The translations under genes were made by a program, and so were the position numbers. DNA of 64,000 nt, from positions 37,554 to 101,553 of the forward strand of contig CASFAX010000003.1 in NCBI GenBank assembly GCA_949292945.1. The letters run 5' to 3'. Below the pieces are notes generated by a model that was not told where the DNA came from, searched no databases, and saw only the letters and a program-made list of their open reading frames with translations. The DNA is from an uncultured Bacillota bacterium (GTDB lineage Bacteria > Bacillota > Clostridia > Peptostreptococcales > Anaerovoracaceae). Position 1 is the first letter of the stretch, and each line of letters begins with the position of its first letter. This document shows, one piece after another, positions 9,296-20,977 of the stretch.

Positions 9296-10660
9296 ATGAG
9301 ATTAGGATATGAACTGACAATTGAACAGACCCAGAAGCTGTCGATGACGCCGGAGCTTATCCAGGCCATACAGATCTTGCAGTTTAACAACCAGGAGCTG
9401 TCTGACTACATCCAGAACGAGCTTCTGGAAAATCCCGTACTGGAAGCTGAGAAACTGGACAGCGAAGCTGAGATAGATATAAGGGAGAAGATCGCAGAAT
9501 CGGACTATGAGCTCGATACCTACAGGCAGTGGGAGAATTCAGCCGATGACGATGACAGCGACTATACCTACGAGCAGTACGTTTCCTTTAAGTACACCCT
9601 TGTGGATTATCTTCTCGGCCAGCTGCAGTTTTCCAATTTGAAGGGCAGGTGCGCCGAAATCGGGAGATATATGATCGAGGCCATCGACGATAACGGGTAT
9701 CTTACCATGTCCGTGGAGGAAATCGCTGAGACCATGAACGCCACCACAGAGGAAGTGGAAAAGGTCCTCGACGTGATTCAGACCTTTGATCCCGTAGGAG
9801 TGGGAGCCAGGAATCTCAGGGAATGCCTCATCATTCAGCTTGCCGCCAGGGGAGAACTGGATGACGAGACGGAGTTTGTCATCGAGAACATGCTGGAAGC
9901 TCTTGCCGATAACAGGATATCTCAGATCGCCAAGACTTTGGGGATTAAGAATCAGGATGTTCAGAAAATTGCGGATAAAATAAGATCTCTGGAACCTAAG
10001 CCGGGCAGACTTTACGATTCGGATGAAAACGTCAAGTACATAGTGCCCGATGTTTTCGTGGAAAAAATAGACGGCGAGTACGTCGTGACCACCAACGACA
10101 CCAGCATGCCGAGGCTCATGGTAAGCTCCTACTACAACAGACTCAGCGCCGAAGCAGCCAAGGACGAGGAGCTTAACAAATATCTGAATAACCGCTTTAA
10201 CGCCGCAGTTTGGCTCATAAAGAGCATAGAGCAGAGAAAGCACACCATATATAACGTGGCTACGGCCATAGTGAGATATCAGCAGGACTTTTTCGATTAC
10301 GGTGAGAAGCATCTTAAACCTCTGACCCTTAAGCAGATAGCGGAAGAGGTTGGAATTCACGAGTCCACCGTCAGCAGGTCCATAAACGGAAAATACATGC
10401 AGAGCCCAAGAGGGGTGTTCGAGCTGAAATACTTCTTCACCAGCGGTGTGGCTTCAGGAGACGGAACCGGAGTTTCGTCCAACAGCGTGAAGAGCTTCAT
10501 AAAGGAAATAATAGACGGAGAAGACCCGAAAAAGCCTTACAGCGATCAGGAGATGGCAGACATTTTAAAGGCTAAGGGAATAGATATATCCAGAAGAACC
10601 GTTGCTAAATACAGGGAAGGCATGCACATTTTGTCCTCGTCTAAGAGAAGACGCTTCTGA
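9296..10660 (+). CDS. rpoN: RNA polymerase sigma-54 factor
   Basis: N-terminal Q/L-rich region (LSMTPELIQAIQILQ), HTH, and a C-terminal RpoN box ARRTVAKYR. Confidence 0.93.
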   Translation: MRLGYELTIEQTQKLSMTPELIQAIQILQFNNQELSDYIQNELLENPVLEAEKLDSEAEIDIREKIAESDYELDTYRQWENSADDDDSDYTYEQYVSFKYTLVDYLLGQLQFSNLKGRCAEIGRYMIEAIDDNGYLTMSVEEIAETMNATTEEVEKVLDVIQTFDPVGVGARNLRECLIIQLAARGELDDETEFVIENMLEALADNRISQIAKTLGIKNQDVQKIADKIRSLEPKPGRLYDSDENVKYIVPDVFVEKIDGEYVVTTNDTSMPRLMVSSYYNRLSAEAAKDEELNKYLNNRFNAAVWLIKSIEQRKHTIYNVATAIVRYQQDFFDYGEKHLKPLTLKQIAEEVGIHESTVSRSINGKYMQSPRGVFELKYFFTSGVASGDGTGVSSNSVKSFIKEIIDGEDPKKPYSDQEMADILKAKGIDISRRTVAKYREGMHILSSSKRRRF

Positions 10661-10764
10661 TGTGCCGCCTGTTTTGACAGCCTGAAACAGTACGTCCATA
10701 ATGCCGGAACGCGGCATAAAATAAATCAAACTTTAATCCAGAAAAAGAGATACGGAGGTTTAAA

Positions 10765-11784
10765 ATGGCAATTAAAGTTGGTATCAGCGGTTTTGGAAGA
10801 ATCGCCAGAGTGGTAATCAGAGCAGCTATGAACATGCCTGAAATCGAGATTGCAGGCATTAACGTGAGAAACGCGGATCTCGATTATCTCGTTTACATGC
10901 TGAAATACGACACTACTTTCGGCAGATTCCCTAAGGAGCTCGGCAAGTACGATGAGGGCCTTATCATCGACGGAAAGAAAATTCCCGTTTACAGCGAGTC
11001 CGAAGCCAAGAACATTCACTGGGACGTATGCGGCGCAGAGTATATCGTAGAAGCTACAGGCGCGTACACGACTACTGAAAAGGCTATGGATCACATCAAA
11101 GCGGGAGCTAAGAAGGTTATCATTTCAGCACCGGCAAAGGATAAGACCACGCCGACGTTCGTATACGGAGTAAACTCCGACGAATACACCAGCGACATGG
11201 ACGTCGTATCCAACGCATCCTGCACTACCAACTGTCTGGCGCCTCTCTGCAAGGTCCTGGAGGATAACTTCGGAATCGAGCAGGGACTCATGTCCACAAT
11301 CCATTCCGCTACCGCAAAGCAGAAGGTGGTAGACGCCAGATCCATGAAGGACTGGAGAACGGGAAGATCCGTCTTCGGAAACGTTATTCCTTCCACCACA
11401 GGCGCGGCAAAGGCTGTAGGTCTGGTAATTCCGGCGCTGGCAGGAAAGATGACAGGCATATCCTACAGAGTTCCTACTGCCGACGTTTCAGTAATCGACC
11501 TCAACGTTGTGCTTAAGACTTCCGCTTCCTACGACGCCATATGCAGAGCCGTAAAGAAGGCTTCCGAGACTTATCTTCACGGCGTCATAGAGTACGTTGA
11601 CGACGAAGTGGTATCCGGAGATTTCGTAGGCGATCCTCACACCTCCATCTTCGACGCAAGAGAGGGTATAGAGCTTAACGACAAATTCTTCAAGCTCATA
11701 GCTTTCTACGACAACGAGTTCGGCTATTCCAGCAAGATTCTTGAGCTTATAAAGCATATGTATGAGGTGGATAACGCCAAATAG
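10765..11784 (+). CDS. gap: type I glyceraldehyde-3-phosphate dehydrogenase
   Basis: [10 protein letters not shown] and the active site [12 protein letters not shown]. 339 aa. Confidence 0.95.
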   Translation: MAIKVGISGFGRIARVVIRAAMNMPEIEIAGINVRNADLDYLVYMLKYDTTFGRFPKELGKYDEGLIIDGKKIPVYSESEAKNIHWDVCGAEYIVEATGAYTTTEKAMDHIKAGAKKVIISAPAKDKTTPTFVYGVNSDEYTSDMDVVSNASCTTNCLAPLCKVLEDNFGIEQGLMSTIHSATAKQKVVDARSMKDWRTGRSVFGNVIPSTTGAAKAVGLVIPALAGKMTGISYRVPTADVSVIDLNVVLKTSASYDAICRAVKKASETYLHGVIEYVDDEVVSGDFVGDPHTSIFDAREGIELNDKFFKLIAFYDNEFGYSSKILELIKHMYEVDNAK

Positions 11785-11795
11785 GAGATTCGCTG

Positions 11796-12983
11796 ATGAA
11801 AAAGACTGTAAGAGATATAAGCTGGCAGGGCGTTCGCGCCCTCGTCCGCTGTGATTTCAACGTGCCTCTTGACGGGGACGGAAATATAACCGACGATACC
11901 AGAATCAGAGCAGCCCTTCCTACCATAGAATATCTTACGGATAACGGGGCAAAGGTCATAATAATGTCTCACCTGGGAAGGCCAAAGGGTGAACCGAAGC
12001 CTGAGTACAGCCTGAGGCCCGTTGCAGAGAGACTTTCGGAGATTATGGGAAAGCCGGTTCTCTTTGCTGAAAGTCCCGTTGTCGTGGACGACAATGTAAG
12101 GACAAAGCTCGCAGGCCTTAAGGATGGGGAAGTTGCTCTTCTTGAGAACGTAAGATACAGGAAAGAAGAGACTGAAAACGGAAGAGAGTTTTCCGAAGAA
12201 CTCGCTTCCTTAGGCGACGTCTTTGTCCAGGAGGCTTTCGGAACGGCGCACCGTGCCCATTCCTCCACGGCGGGAGTAGCTGAATTTCTTCCTGCCGTTT
12301 CGGGATTCCTCATCGAGAAGGAAGTGAAATTCCTGGGCGATGCCGTTGAAAATCCGGAAAGACCTTTTGTGGCTATAATGGGCGGCGCCAAGGTAGGCGA
12401 TAAGATTAAGGTCATCGAGAACCTTATGAAGAAGGTAGATACCCTTATCATAGCAGGAGGCATGAGCTATACGTTCTTCAAGGCCATGGGTCTTGAAATA
12501 GGAACGTCCATTCTGGACGAGGGAAGCATCAGCCTTGCAGGAGAGCTTCTGACAAAGGCTGAAAAGTCCGGCGTAAAGCTTCTCCTTCCTGTGGACGTCG
12601 TCTGCGCCGATGAGTTTAAAAACGACGCAAAGACGGTAACTGTTGACAGGGAACACATTCCTTCGGACATGATGGGAATGGATATAGGCCCTGAGACTGT
12701 GAAGCTTTTTGGAGAAGAACTTAAGGCTGCAAAGATGGTTGTCTGGAATGGCCCGGCAGGAGTCTTTGAGATGCCTGAATTTGCAAAGGGAACCAGAGCC
12801 ATCGCCGAAATTCTTGCAGATTCCGATGCCGTTACCATCATAGGCGGAGGAGATTCTGCCGCAGCGGTAAAAAGCTTTGGACTTGAGGATAAGATGACGC
12901 ATATTTCAACAGGCGGCGGAGCATCTCTCGAATTTCTCGAGGGAAAAGAGCTTCCGGGCATTGCAGTAATTCAGGAGGCGTAG
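11796..12983 (+). CDS. pgk: phosphoglycerate kinase
   Basis: [17 protein letters not shown] and GGGDSAAAV motifs. 395 aa. Confidence 0.96.
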   Translation: MKKTVRDISWQGVRALVRCDFNVPLDGDGNITDDTRIRAALPTIEYLTDNGAKVIIMSHLGRPKGEPKPEYSLRPVAERLSEIMGKPVLFAESPVVVDDNVRTKLAGLKDGEVALLENVRYRKEETENGREFSEELASLGDVFVQEAFGTAHRAHSSTAGVAEFLPAVSGFLIEKEVKFLGDAVENPERPFVAIMGGAKVGDKIKVIENLMKKVDTLIIAGGMSYTFFKAMGLEIGTSILDEGSISLAGELLTKAEKSGVKLLLPVDVVCADEFKNDAKTVTVDREHIPSDMMGMDIGPETVKLFGEELKAAKMVVWNGPAGVFEMPEFAKGTRAIAEILADSDAVTIIGGGDSAAAVKSFGLEDKMTHISTGGGASLEFLEGKELPGIAVIQEA

Positions 12984-12987
12984 ATAT

Positions 12988-13743
12988 ATGGGAATGAGAG
13001 TCCCTCTTATAGCCGGAAACTGGAAGATGTATAAGACCAGAAAGGAAGCGCGGGAGTTTGCACGGCGCTTCAGAGAGCTTTATCACGATACTGATATCAG
13101 GGCAGCGATTATAGCGCCTTTTACCCAGCTTGACGTTCTGGTGGAAACTTTTAAGGGAAGCGGCATAGGCGTTGGAGCCCAGAACGTACACTTTGAGGAC
13201 GAAGGAGCCTTCACCGGGGAGGTTTCCGTTCCTATGCTGAAGGAGCTCGGGGTGGACTACTGCATAGTGGGACATTCCGAGAGGAGACAGTACTTCGGGG
13301 AAACCGATGAAACCGTAAACCTTAAGGTGAAAAAGCTTTTAAGGGAAAGCGATATTATTCCGATTATGTGCGTAGGCGAAGTGCTCGCTGAAAGGGAAGC
13401 AGGCGTTCAGAACGATGTGGTTTTCCGGCAGCTTGAAAAAGGTCTAGACGGACTTACATCTGAAGAAGCGGGCAAACTGGTCATAGCCTATGAGCCTGTC
13501 TGGGCCATAGGGACGGGAAAAACCGCCACGCCGCAGCAGGCGGAGGAGATGTGCGCCATGATAAGGGAAAGGATTTCCGAAATGTTCGGTGAGGATACCT
13601 GCGATAAGGTCATCATCCAGTACGGAGGTAGCGTAAAGCCTGAAAACGCTACGGAGATAATGAACATGGACGAAATCGACGGATCTCTCGTAGGCGGAGC
13701 CAGTCTGGACCCGGAGAAATTCATGGAAATAATCGATTTCTGA
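12988..13743 (+). CDS. tpiA: triosephosphate isomerase
   Basis: AGNWKM, VGHSERR and AYEPVWAIGTGKTAT motifs. The start could also be ATG 12994. Confidence 0.95.
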   Translation: MGMRVPLIAGNWKMYKTRKEAREFARRFRELYHDTDIRAAIIAPFTQLDVLVETFKGSGIGVGAQNVHFEDEGAFTGEVSVPMLKELGVDYCIVGHSERRQYFGETDETVNLKVKKLLRESDIIPIMCVGEVLAEREAGVQNDVVFRQLEKGLDGLTSEEAGKLVIAYEPVWAIGTGKTATPQQAEEMCAMIRERISEMFGEDTCDKVIIQYGGSVKPENATEIMNMDEIDGSLVGGASLDPEKFMEIIDF

Positions 13744-13781
13744 TGGAAATTGTATTTAAAGCCGCCGGAATGCGCAGGAAA

Positions 13782-13816
13782 AAGTGCCTGAAAAGTGTTC
13801 AGGCGGCCACTTTTTG
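13782..13816 (+). terminator. probable terminator after tpiA
   Basis: GCCTGAA-aagtg-TTCAGGC core extended by AAGTG/CACTT, followed by TTTTT. Confidence 0.55.
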
Positions 13817-13878
13817 CTTGATTTTGGCCTGCTTGTATGATAAAGTTTAATGGTTAGAATTCTAAAGGAGGGACGATA

Positions 13879-14109
13879 ATGCATACTGCTTTAATGGTTA
13901 TCCTTGCGATAGTCAGCATATTCCTCATCGCTACAGTTTTGCTGCAGCCGGGAAACAGCGACGGACTTTCGGGCTCCATCGCAGGAGGAGCTGAGCAGCT
14001 TTTCGGAAAGAAGAAGAGCAGAGGATATGAAGCCATATTGAAGAAGATGACCGTAGTTGCAGCGATACTTTTCATAGTTATATCGCTGGCGCTGGTTACC
14101 ATTTCATAA
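13879..14109 (+). CDS. secG: preprotein translocase subunit SecG
   Basis: 76 aa with two TM helices flanking a G/S-rich loop (LLQPGNSDGLSGSIAGGAEQLFG). Confidence 0.85.
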   Translation: MHTALMVILAIVSIFLIATVLLQPGNSDGLSGSIAGGAEQLFGKKKSRGYEAILKKMTVVAAILFIVISLALVTIS

Positions 14110-14204
14110 TAAAGCTTTAAATTTTATTTTAAATATTGCTTGGAAGAGAGGTGCTTGGAGTGAGGGACCTCTTGTATTTTCGAGCAAAGAGGAGGTATTA
14201 TCTT

Positions 14205-16211
14205 ATGATCAATTGGTTGGTTCCTGTCGCAGCCCTGATCGGTATCATAGTAGCGGGAGCTCTCGCTTCCTGGATATCCAAGGCTGAGGAAGGAACAGAC
14301 AGAATGAAGGAAATCTCTGGCTACATCAGAGAAGGAGCCATGGCTTTCCTTGGAAGAGAATATAAGACGATGATCATCGTAATCGCAGTTCTCTTCGTTC
14401 TCATCGGTTTCGGAATCAAGTGGCTTACGGCCATCCTCTACGTAATCGGTGCGGTTCTTTCCGTTCTCGCAGGTTTCTGCGGAATGAAGGTGGCTACATT
14501 AGGTAACGTGAGAACGGCTAACGCAGCTATGACTTCCGGAATGCCTAAGGCTCTTAAGATCGCTTTCAGAAGCGGATCCGTTATGGGTCTTTGCGTAGCA
14601 GGTTTCGGACTTTTCGGTCTGGGTGTTGTATTCTGTGTCCTCGACCTTGCCGACGTTGTTGAATGCATCACAGGCTTCGGTCTCGGAGCATCCTCCATGG
14701 CTCTCTTCGGAAGAGTAGGAGGCGGTATCTACACAAAGGCAGCCGACGTAGGCGCTGACCTGGTAGGTAAGGTAGAAGCAGGAATCCCTGAGGACGACCC
14801 TAGAAACCCTGCAGTTATAGCAGATAACGTAGGTGATAACGTAGGAGACGTTGCAGGAATGGGTTCCGACCTTTTCGAGTCCTATGTAGGATCTATCATT
14901 TCCGCCATTACCCTTGCATCCGTTGCAGTTGCCAACGCTACAGAGGCTTCGTTCCTCACTGAAGAGACAGCAGCATTATTCCCGCTGGTTCTCTCCGCAG
15001 TAGGAATCATCGCATCCGCTATAGGAATTCTCTGCGTAAGAGGCGGAGATAACGTAAACCCTGCCAAGGCCCTTAACATGGGTACTTACATCGCAGGCGT
15101 TATAGTAATCGTTGCTTCCATCGTTTTATCCAAGGTTATGATGGGAGATTACACCTATGCATGGGCCATCATCGCAGGTCTTATCGTAGGTATAGCCATA
15201 GGTAAGATTACCGAGGTTTACACCTCTTCCGACTATGCTTCCGTAAAGAAGATTGCAGAGCAGTCTCAGACCGGTGCAGCTACTACCATCATCAGCGGTC
15301 TCGGAGTAGGAATGATGTCCACACTTCTTCCTATCCTTCTCATCGCTGTAGGTATTTTCGTATCCTACTACTTTGCAGGAGTATACGGAATCGCGCTTTC
15401 CGCAGTAGGTATGCTTTCCACTACGGGTATCACCGTTGCCGTTGACGCATACGGCCCTGTATCCGATAACGCCGGCGGTATCGCAGAAATGTCAGAGCTT
15501 CCTCACGAAGTAAGAGAAATCACCGATAAGCTTGACTCCGTAGGTAACACTACCGCTGCTATCGGTAAGGGATTCGCTATCGGATCTGCTGCTCTTACGG
15601 CTCTTGCCCTCTTCGTATCTTATGCTGAAGTAGCTAAGATTGAAATGGTAAGCCTTCTGAGCCCTATCGTAATCATAGGTCTCTTCATCGGAGCAATGCT
15701 TCCGTTCCTCTTCTCTGCCATGACCATGAATTCCGTAGGTAAGGCAGCTAACCAGATGATCGAAGAGGTTAGAAGACAGTTCAGAGAGAAGAAGGGAATC
15801 ATGGAAGGAACTGAAAAGCCTGACTATGCAAGATGCGTAGACATCTCCACAGGCGCAGCTCTCCGCGAGATGATCATCCCTGGTCTCATGGCTATCGTTG
15901 CACCGCTTCTCGTAGGATTCGTTCTCGGATCCGAGGCTCTTGCAGGTATGCTTGCCGGAGCTCTTGCATCCGGAGTTCTCCTTGCCATCATGATGGCTAA
16001 CGCAGGCGGCGCATGGGATAACGCTAAGAAGTACATCGAAGAAGGAAACTACGGCGGAAAGGGAAGCGAGCCTCATAAGGCAGCAGTTGTAGGAGATACC
16101 GTAGGAGATCCGTTCAAGGATACTTCCGGTCCTTCCATCAACATCCTCATCAAGCTGATGACTATCGTTGCAGTAGTATTCGCACCGCTCTTCGGTACCG
16201 GACTTCTGTAA
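14205..16211 (+). CDS. hppA: membrane-integral pyrophosphate-energised pump (K+-dependent type)
   Basis: [44 protein letters not shown] (Ala at the K+-dependence position) and [18 protein letters not shown] 14205 follows AAGAGGAGG. The track ORF starting at 14136 is an upstream extension. Confidence 0.93.
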   Translation: MINWLVPVAALIGIIVAGALASWISKAEEGTDRMKEISGYIREGAMAFLGREYKTMIIVIAVLFVLIGFGIKWLTAILYVIGAVLSVLAGFCGMKVATLGNVRTANAAMTSGMPKALKIAFRSGSVMGLCVAGFGLFGLGVVFCVLDLADVVECITGFGLGASSMALFGRVGGGIYTKAADVGADLVGKVEAGIPEDDPRNPAVIADNVGDNVGDVAGMGSDLFESYVGSIISAITLASVAVANATEASFLTEETAALFPLVLSAVGIIASAIGILCVRGGDNVNPAKALNMGTYIAGVIVIVASIVLSKVMMGDYTYAWAIIAGLIVGIAIGKITEVYTSSDYASVKKIAEQSQTGAATTIISGLGVGMMSTLLPILLIAVGIFVSYYFAGVYGIALSAVGMLSTTGITVAVDAYGPVSDNAGGIAEMSELPHEVREITDKLDSVGNTTAAIGKGFAIGSAALTALALFVSYAEVAKIEMVSLLSPIVIIGLFIGAMLPFLFSAMTMNSVGKAANQMIEEVRRQFREKKGIMEGTEKPDYARCVDISTGAALREMIIPGLMAIVAPLLVGFVLGSEALAGMLAGALASGVLLAIMMANAGGAWDNAKKYIEEGNYGGKGSEPHKAAVVGDTVGDPFKDTSGPSINILIKLMTIVAVVFAPLFGTGLL

Positions 16212-16232
16212 ACAGAATAACTGATTTTTTAA

Positions 16233-16262
16233 GGCGCGGACGAAGTTTTCCGCGCCTTTTGA
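16233..16262 (+). terminator. Rho-independent terminator after hppA
   Basis: GGCGCGGA-cgaagttt-TCCGCGCC followed by TTTT. Confidence 0.85.
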
Positions 16263-16320
16263 GTTTGTGCGAATGACGTCGCACTTTTTACAGGCGAACA
16301 CATTACATGAGGTGAAGGAT

Positions 16321-16815
16321 ATGAGCAAAAAGAAAGAGCACGCGCCTAAGACCAACGCCATGAGAATAGCGGAAGCTGCCGGCAAGGAATACCTGGTTCA
16401 CACCTACGATGCGCCCGATGGATTCCTTGACGGCGTGTCTGTGGCAAAGGCGACGGGACAGAACCCGGAGAAGGTATTTAAAACTCTCGTCACCGTGGGA
16501 CACAGCAAGGAAAACTACGTCTGCGTAATCCCCGTAGCCGAAGAGCTGGACCTTAAGAAAGCGGCGGCATATTTTGGCGAAAAGAACATAGAAATGATAA
16601 GGGCGGCCGACATAACGAAAACCACGGGATACATAAAGGGAGGATGCTCTCCCATCGGCATGAAAAAGCCGTTCAGGACGGCCATAGACGAAACGGCGCT
16701 GAACCACGACACCATAGTAGTAAGCGGCGGCAAGGTGGGCTTGCAGATGGAAATGAATCCTAGGGATATTGCGGAGCTTACAGGGGCTGGATTTACAAAC
16801 CTTAAGAAAAGTTAA
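16321..16815 (+). CDS. ybaK: Cys-tRNA(Pro)/Cys-tRNA(Cys) deacylase, YbaK/EbsC family
   Basis: KTNAMRIAEAAG.., VIPV..ELDLKKAA and GGCSPIGMKK are typical of YbaK. ATG 16321 was preferred over the longer track ORF. Confidence 0.8.
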   Translation: MSKKKEHAPKTNAMRIAEAAGKEYLVHTYDAPDGFLDGVSVAKATGQNPEKVFKTLVTVGHSKENYVCVIPVAEELDLKKAAAYFGEKNIEMIRAADITKTTGYIKGGCSPIGMKKPFRTAIDETALNHDTIVVSGGKVGLQMEMNPRDIAELTGAGFTNLKKS

Positions 16816-16896
16816 CTTTCTTAAGGTTATTTCATATGGTAATATGAATAAAAGAAAATCCGAATCCCACTTAAAGCGGGCAGAAAAGGAGAGGTT

Positions 16897-17601
16897 ATGG
16901 AAAAGTACAAGATTCTCATAGCAGAAGATGACAGGGATATCGTAGAGCTTCTCGCATTATATCTGAATAACGCGGGATATGACGTTACACCTGCGCAAAA
17001 CGGCATAGAGGCTCTGGACATAATAGAAAGGGGCGAAGGGGATTTTGACATGGTGATTTTAGACATCATGATGCCGGAGCTTAACGGTTATGAAGCTGCC
17101 ATGGAGATAAGGAAGAATCACAACATGCCCATAATGTTTCTGTCTGCGAAGAATCAGGACATCGATAAGATAATGGGCCTAGACATAGGTGCAGACGATT
17201 ATATGACAAAGCCTTTTAACCCTATGGAAGTGGTGGCGAGGGTAAGATCCAACATCAGAAGATACAGGGAGATGAGCGTATCGGCGTCTTCTTCCGCTTC
17301 ACCTGAGCTCAGGTGCCGGGACCTGGTCCTTGACACGGACAAGATGATGCTGACAAAAGCAGGCAGCCCAGTTCCCATAACGGTCATGGAGTTCAGAATC
17401 CTTCAGTTCCTCATGAAAAATCCGGGAAAGATTATGACGAAGAAGCAGATATATCACGCCATGTACGGAGATGAAGCCTTCACTGACGATAATTCGCTGA
17501 CCGTACATATCTCGAAGATAAGAGCGAAGCTGGAGGATTCGACGCTGGAGCCTGTATATATTAAAAACGTAAGGGGGCTGGGCTATAAAATTGAAAAATA
17601 A
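16897..17601 (+). CDS. OmpR-family response regulator
   Basis: Receiver domain (ILIAEDD.., ILDIMMPELNG, KPF) and a winged-helix output domain (VRGLGYKI). Confidence 0.9.
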   Translation: MEKYKILIAEDDRDIVELLALYLNNAGYDVTPAQNGIEALDIIERGEGDFDMVILDIMMPELNGYEAAMEIRKNHNMPIMFLSAKNQDIDKIMGLDIGADDYMTKPFNPMEVVARVRSNIRRYREMSVSASSSASPELRCRDLVLDTDKMMLTKAGSPVPITVMEFRILQFLMKNPGKIMTKKQIYHAMYGDEAFTDDNSLTVHISKIRAKLEDSTLEPVYIKNVRGLGYKIEK

Positions 17602-19204
17602 AAAGGACGAGAGAATAAAGGGTCATTTTACGACCATGCTAATCGGAAGATACGTTCTCTTTTCCGCAGTTCTTCTGATCATGGTGCTGCTGGCCCTTAC
17701 CATAACGGTTCAGAATACGAAAAATCACGGAGATGACACTGCCATGGCCGATTTGTCGGAAGCTTTTGCGGGAAGGAGCCCATCAGAATACGACACGGTG
17801 GACGTGGAGAAATACCTTGGGAAAAACGGATACGTTCAGGTCATCGATAAGAATCTTAACGTGGTATACTCCAGCAACCCGGACAAAATATCGACCATGT
17901 ACACCGAGCGGGAAGTGAACATGATATCCGACTACAACGAGCACGTAAACGTATCCATAAAGGAGATAAATGACGAGTCGCGGGGAACCATTTCCGAGGT
18001 GACCATAACCCACGTGAACACTAAAAATGAAACCGTAGAGAATGAGCTTTTTCTCATAGACGGAGACGGCGATTACATATATTCGTCAAAGCCTTTGGAC
18101 AGCGAAAAACTCTCCGAGCGGGAGCTTAACATAATCGACAACTCCGTATCCAAGAGGTACACCATATCGAAGTACAAGTTTGTCGATTCAAACGGGGAGG
18201 AGAGAATACTCATAGGTTACAGCACCGGAGGATATTTCAGGAACATGGGGAGAATTTACGACATGTATATAAGCGTCGCATGGAAGTTCGCCCTGGCATA
18301 CCTGCTTCTGGTTATCGTCTTTTCCCTCTGGATATCGAAAAACGTGGGAAGGCCTCTAACGATGATTCAGGACGCCATGGACAGCGTGGCTGAGGGAGAC
18401 AGGGGAAAGAGGCTTGATTATTCGGGGCCGAAGGAATTCGTCACCATATGCGACAAGTTTAACGACATGTCAGAAAGGCTCGCTGAATCCGAAGAGGAAA
18501 ATCTTATCTTACAGAAGAAGAAACAGAGGCTGGTGGCAAACATCTCTCATGATCTGAAGACGCCGATAACGGTGATAAAAGGGTATTCAAAGGCGGTTCT
18601 GGATGGTGTAGCGGGAAAAGATGAGGAGCGAAAATACCTTGCCACCATCAACCTTAAGGCTGAATATCTGTCCGATCTCATAAACGACTTCAGCGAATAT
18701 GCCCTTTCGGGAGATCCGGATGACGCTTACGATTTCAAGAGGATAGACATATGCGAATACATGAGGGAGATATTCGCGGACAAGTACGATGAATTTGAAA
18801 TTGCAGGGAGACTCCCGGTTCTGGTTATTCCGGACGAGGAGGTTTACACACTTTTAGACAGGAGAAAGTTCTACAGGGCCGTAAACAACATACTGAACAA
18901 CTTTTTCAAGTACGCGCCGGCAGGTTCCAGCCTGTTCTGCCGGATGTGGGCAGATGAGAAAAACGTGTTCCTGTCCCTGGGAGACGACGGCAAGGGAGTG
19001 ACGGACGATATAAAGACGGATATTTTCGAGCCTTTTGTAACGGGAGATATGGCCAGGACCACGGGAGGAACGGGACTGGGCCTTGCATTTGTTAAAAACG
19101 TGGTGGAAAGGCACGGAGGAAGCGTAGAGCTTAAAGATCCGCCGGATCCGGGGCTGGAGTTTCAAATTGTCATACGTCTTAAAAGAGACGAAGATGCAGC
19201 GTGA
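17591..19204 (+). CDS. sensor histidine kinase (two TM segments, HAMP, HisKA, HATPase_c)
   Basis: H-box ISHDLKTPIT, N-box NNILNNFFKY and G-box GGTGLGLAFV. It overlaps the regulator stop. Confidence 0.88.
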   Translation: MKNKKDERIKGHFTTMLIGRYVLFSAVLLIMVLLALTITVQNTKNHGDDTAMADLSEAFAGRSPSEYDTVDVEKYLGKNGYVQVIDKNLNVVYSSNPDKISTMYTEREVNMISDYNEHVNVSIKEINDESRGTISEVTITHVNTKNETVENELFLIDGDGDYIYSSKPLDSEKLSERELNIIDNSVSKRYTISKYKFVDSNGEERILIGYSTGGYFRNMGRIYDMYISVAWKFALAYLLLVIVFSLWISKNVGRPLTMIQDAMDSVAEGDRGKRLDYSGPKEFVTICDKFNDMSERLAESEEENLILQKKKQRLVANISHDLKTPITVIKGYSKAVLDGVAGKDEERKYLATINLKAEYLSDLINDFSEYALSGDPDDAYDFKRIDICEYMREIFADKYDEFEIAGRLPVLVIPDEEVYTLLDRRKFYRAVNNILNNFFKYAPAGSSLFCRMWADEKNVFLSLGDDGKGVTDDIKTDIFEPFVTGDMARTTGGTGLGLAFVKNVVERHGGSVELKDPPDPGLEFQIVIRLKRDEDAA

Positions 19205-19245
19205 CCTTCTCATACTCCCGGAATAAAGAATGACGCAAAAAGCTT

Positions 19246-19290
19246 AAAACCGCTATGATCACTAAAAATTCAACGGTCATAGCGGTTTTT
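19246..19290. terminator. bidirectional terminator between the convergent kinase and crt genes
   Basis: 14-bp stem AAACCGCTATGATC / GGTCATAGCGGTTT flanked by an A-run and a T-run. Confidence 0.8.
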
Positions 19291-19320
19291 AATGTCGTTT
19301 TTATACTGTATCCGCGAAAA

Positions 19321-20106
19321 CTACTTACCGGTGAATTCCGGAGCTCTCTTTTCCAGGAAAGCTGCCATTCCTTCTCTCTTATCGTCTGTGGAGAAGGCTG
19401 CGGTAAACGTTTCGATTTCAAATCTGCTGGCTGACTTCATATCCATGTCGTAGCCGTTGTTTATTGCGGTCTTTGCAGAGCCTATGGCTATAGGAGCCTT
19501 GGATGCTATGGTCTTTGCAAGCTTTTCAGCTTCAGGAATGAGCTCTTCAGGAGCTACAACCTTTTCAACGAGGCCTATTCTGTAAGCTTCGGAAGCAGGA
19601 ATTGTCTCTGCGCTCATGATGAGGTACTTGGCCATGCCTTTTCCAACAAGCCTTGCCAGTCTCTGAGTTCCGCCAAAGCCCGGGATGATTCCAAGGCCTA
19701 CTTCAGGCTGACCGAACTTTGCCTTTTCGGAAGCGATTCTGATGTCGCATGCCATGGAAAGCTCACAGCCGCCGCCCAGGGCAAAACCGTTAACTGCGGC
19801 GATAACGGGTTTTTCTATGGATTCGATCAGGTTCATAACCTTATGACCTAAAGTCATCATCTCGCGGCCTTCAATAGGTGAAAGCTCGTACATCTGAGCG
19901 ATGTCAGCGCCTGCAACGAAAGCTCTTCCTTCGCCGGTGAGAATTACCGCCTTAACGTCCTTATCCTTTTCGATGGTGGTAAAAACGTCGTAAAGCTCGC
20001 CTAAAACGTCCATGTTAAGGGCGTTGAGAGCCTGTGGTCTGTTAACGGTAACGTAAGCGATGGATTCCTTTACCTCGTACTTGATATTCTCGTACATTTT
20101 TATCAT
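19321..20106 (-). CDS. crt: short-chain enoyl-CoA hydratase (crotonase family)
   Basis: 261 aa with GEGRAFVAGADI, NGFALGGGCELSMACD and FGQPEVGLGIIPG. Confidence 0.88.
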   Translation of the reverse strand: MIKMYENIKYEVKESIAYVTVNRPQALNALNMDVLGELYDVFTTIEKDKDVKAVILTGEGRAFVAGADIAQMYELSPIEGREMMTLGHKVMNLIESIEKPVIAAVNGFALGGGCELSMACDIRIASEKAKFGQPEVGLGIIPGFGGTQRLARLVGKGMAKYLIMSAETIPASEAYRIGLVEKVVAPEELIPEAEKLAKTIASKAPIAIGSAKTAINNGYDMDMKSASRFEIETFTAAFSTDDKREGMAAFLEKRAPEFTGK

Positions 20107-20218
20107 TCTTCCTTTCTCATAGAAATATCATGGAAAGCGGCAGGATGAGCTGCGGCGCTTCATGACATGCAATCTTTGTTAATAATATAACATAATACGG
20201 AATACATTTCAACCCGTC

Positions 20219-20872
20219 TTATTTATCTCTGGTCATAACCACGAGAAGTCTGCCTGCCTTGACGGTGACTTCTCCGTAATCGGCTGTCAGCTCGTTGCTT
20301 ACGCCAAGGGTGGTGTCGTCGGTAAGAGTGCGGTTTTCAAGCTCATATTTGAAGCCCTTGAGGGTGAGACTGTTTATATTTCCTCCGTAGCTTATGAGCC
20401 CTATGTACTTGTACTCGTCGTCGCTTGCGATGCGGAAAGTGCCTGCGCTCTTCATAAATGCCAGGTTCTGATAGTCCTTTATGAAGACTTCAACGCCGGG
20501 AGTGTCGCAGTATTTAGCCAGCAGAGAGATGTTTCCCATGGTGTGGTCAAGCCTTCCTCCAAGGCCGCCTATGATGACGATGCGCTGAAAGCCCTTTGAT
20601 ACGGCGTAGTCTAAAGCAGCTTCAGAGTCTGTGATGTCCTTTTCTGCCGGAAGGATCACCGTGTTTTCAAAATCGGGTTTCTCTGACGAGTCAAAGTCGC
20701 CTATTATCATGTCAGGTTTGAAGTTGTACTTCTCCGCGTACTTCCAGCCCTTGTCGGCGCAGATAATGTACCTGCCTTCGGGTATTCTGGACAAAATCTC
20801 TTCTCCCTCGATGTAGGACGTTATGATGTACGCTGTTCTCTTTGTGTTGTCTTTTCTGTCAAAAACGTTCAT
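20219..20872 (-). CDS. thiN: thiamine diphosphokinase
   Basis: IGDFDS and GGLGGRLDH motifs plus a C-terminal thiamine-binding beta domain. RBS GGAGGAAAAGGAC precedes the ATG. Confidence 0.88.
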   Translation of the reverse strand: MNVFDRKDNTKRTAYIITSYIEGEEILSRIPEGRYIICADKGWKYAEKYNFKPDMIIGDFDSSEKPDFENTVILPAEKDITDSEAALDYAVSKGFQRIVIIGGLGGRLDHTMGNISLLAKYCDTPGVEVFIKDYQNLAFMKSAGTFRIASDDEYKYIGLISYGGNINSLTLKGFKYELENRTLTDDTTLGVSNELTADYGEVTVKAGRLLVVMTRDK

Positions 20873-20977
20873 GTCCTTTTCCTCCTTATACGTCTACAGT
20901 ATACCACATGTAAGGGGCTGTATGTTATGAAATTGTGAAAATTCAGCTATAGATAATCAATACGTTGTTTTCAGCAG

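Noticed and set aside
14136-14204. Upstream extension of hppA (track start 14136) and a duplicated TGCTTGGA 8-mer in the leader.
   Set aside because: ATG 14205 has a strong AAGAGGAGG RBS, and the extension encodes a basic non-membrane peptide atypical for the family. The 8-mer duplication is too short to interpret.
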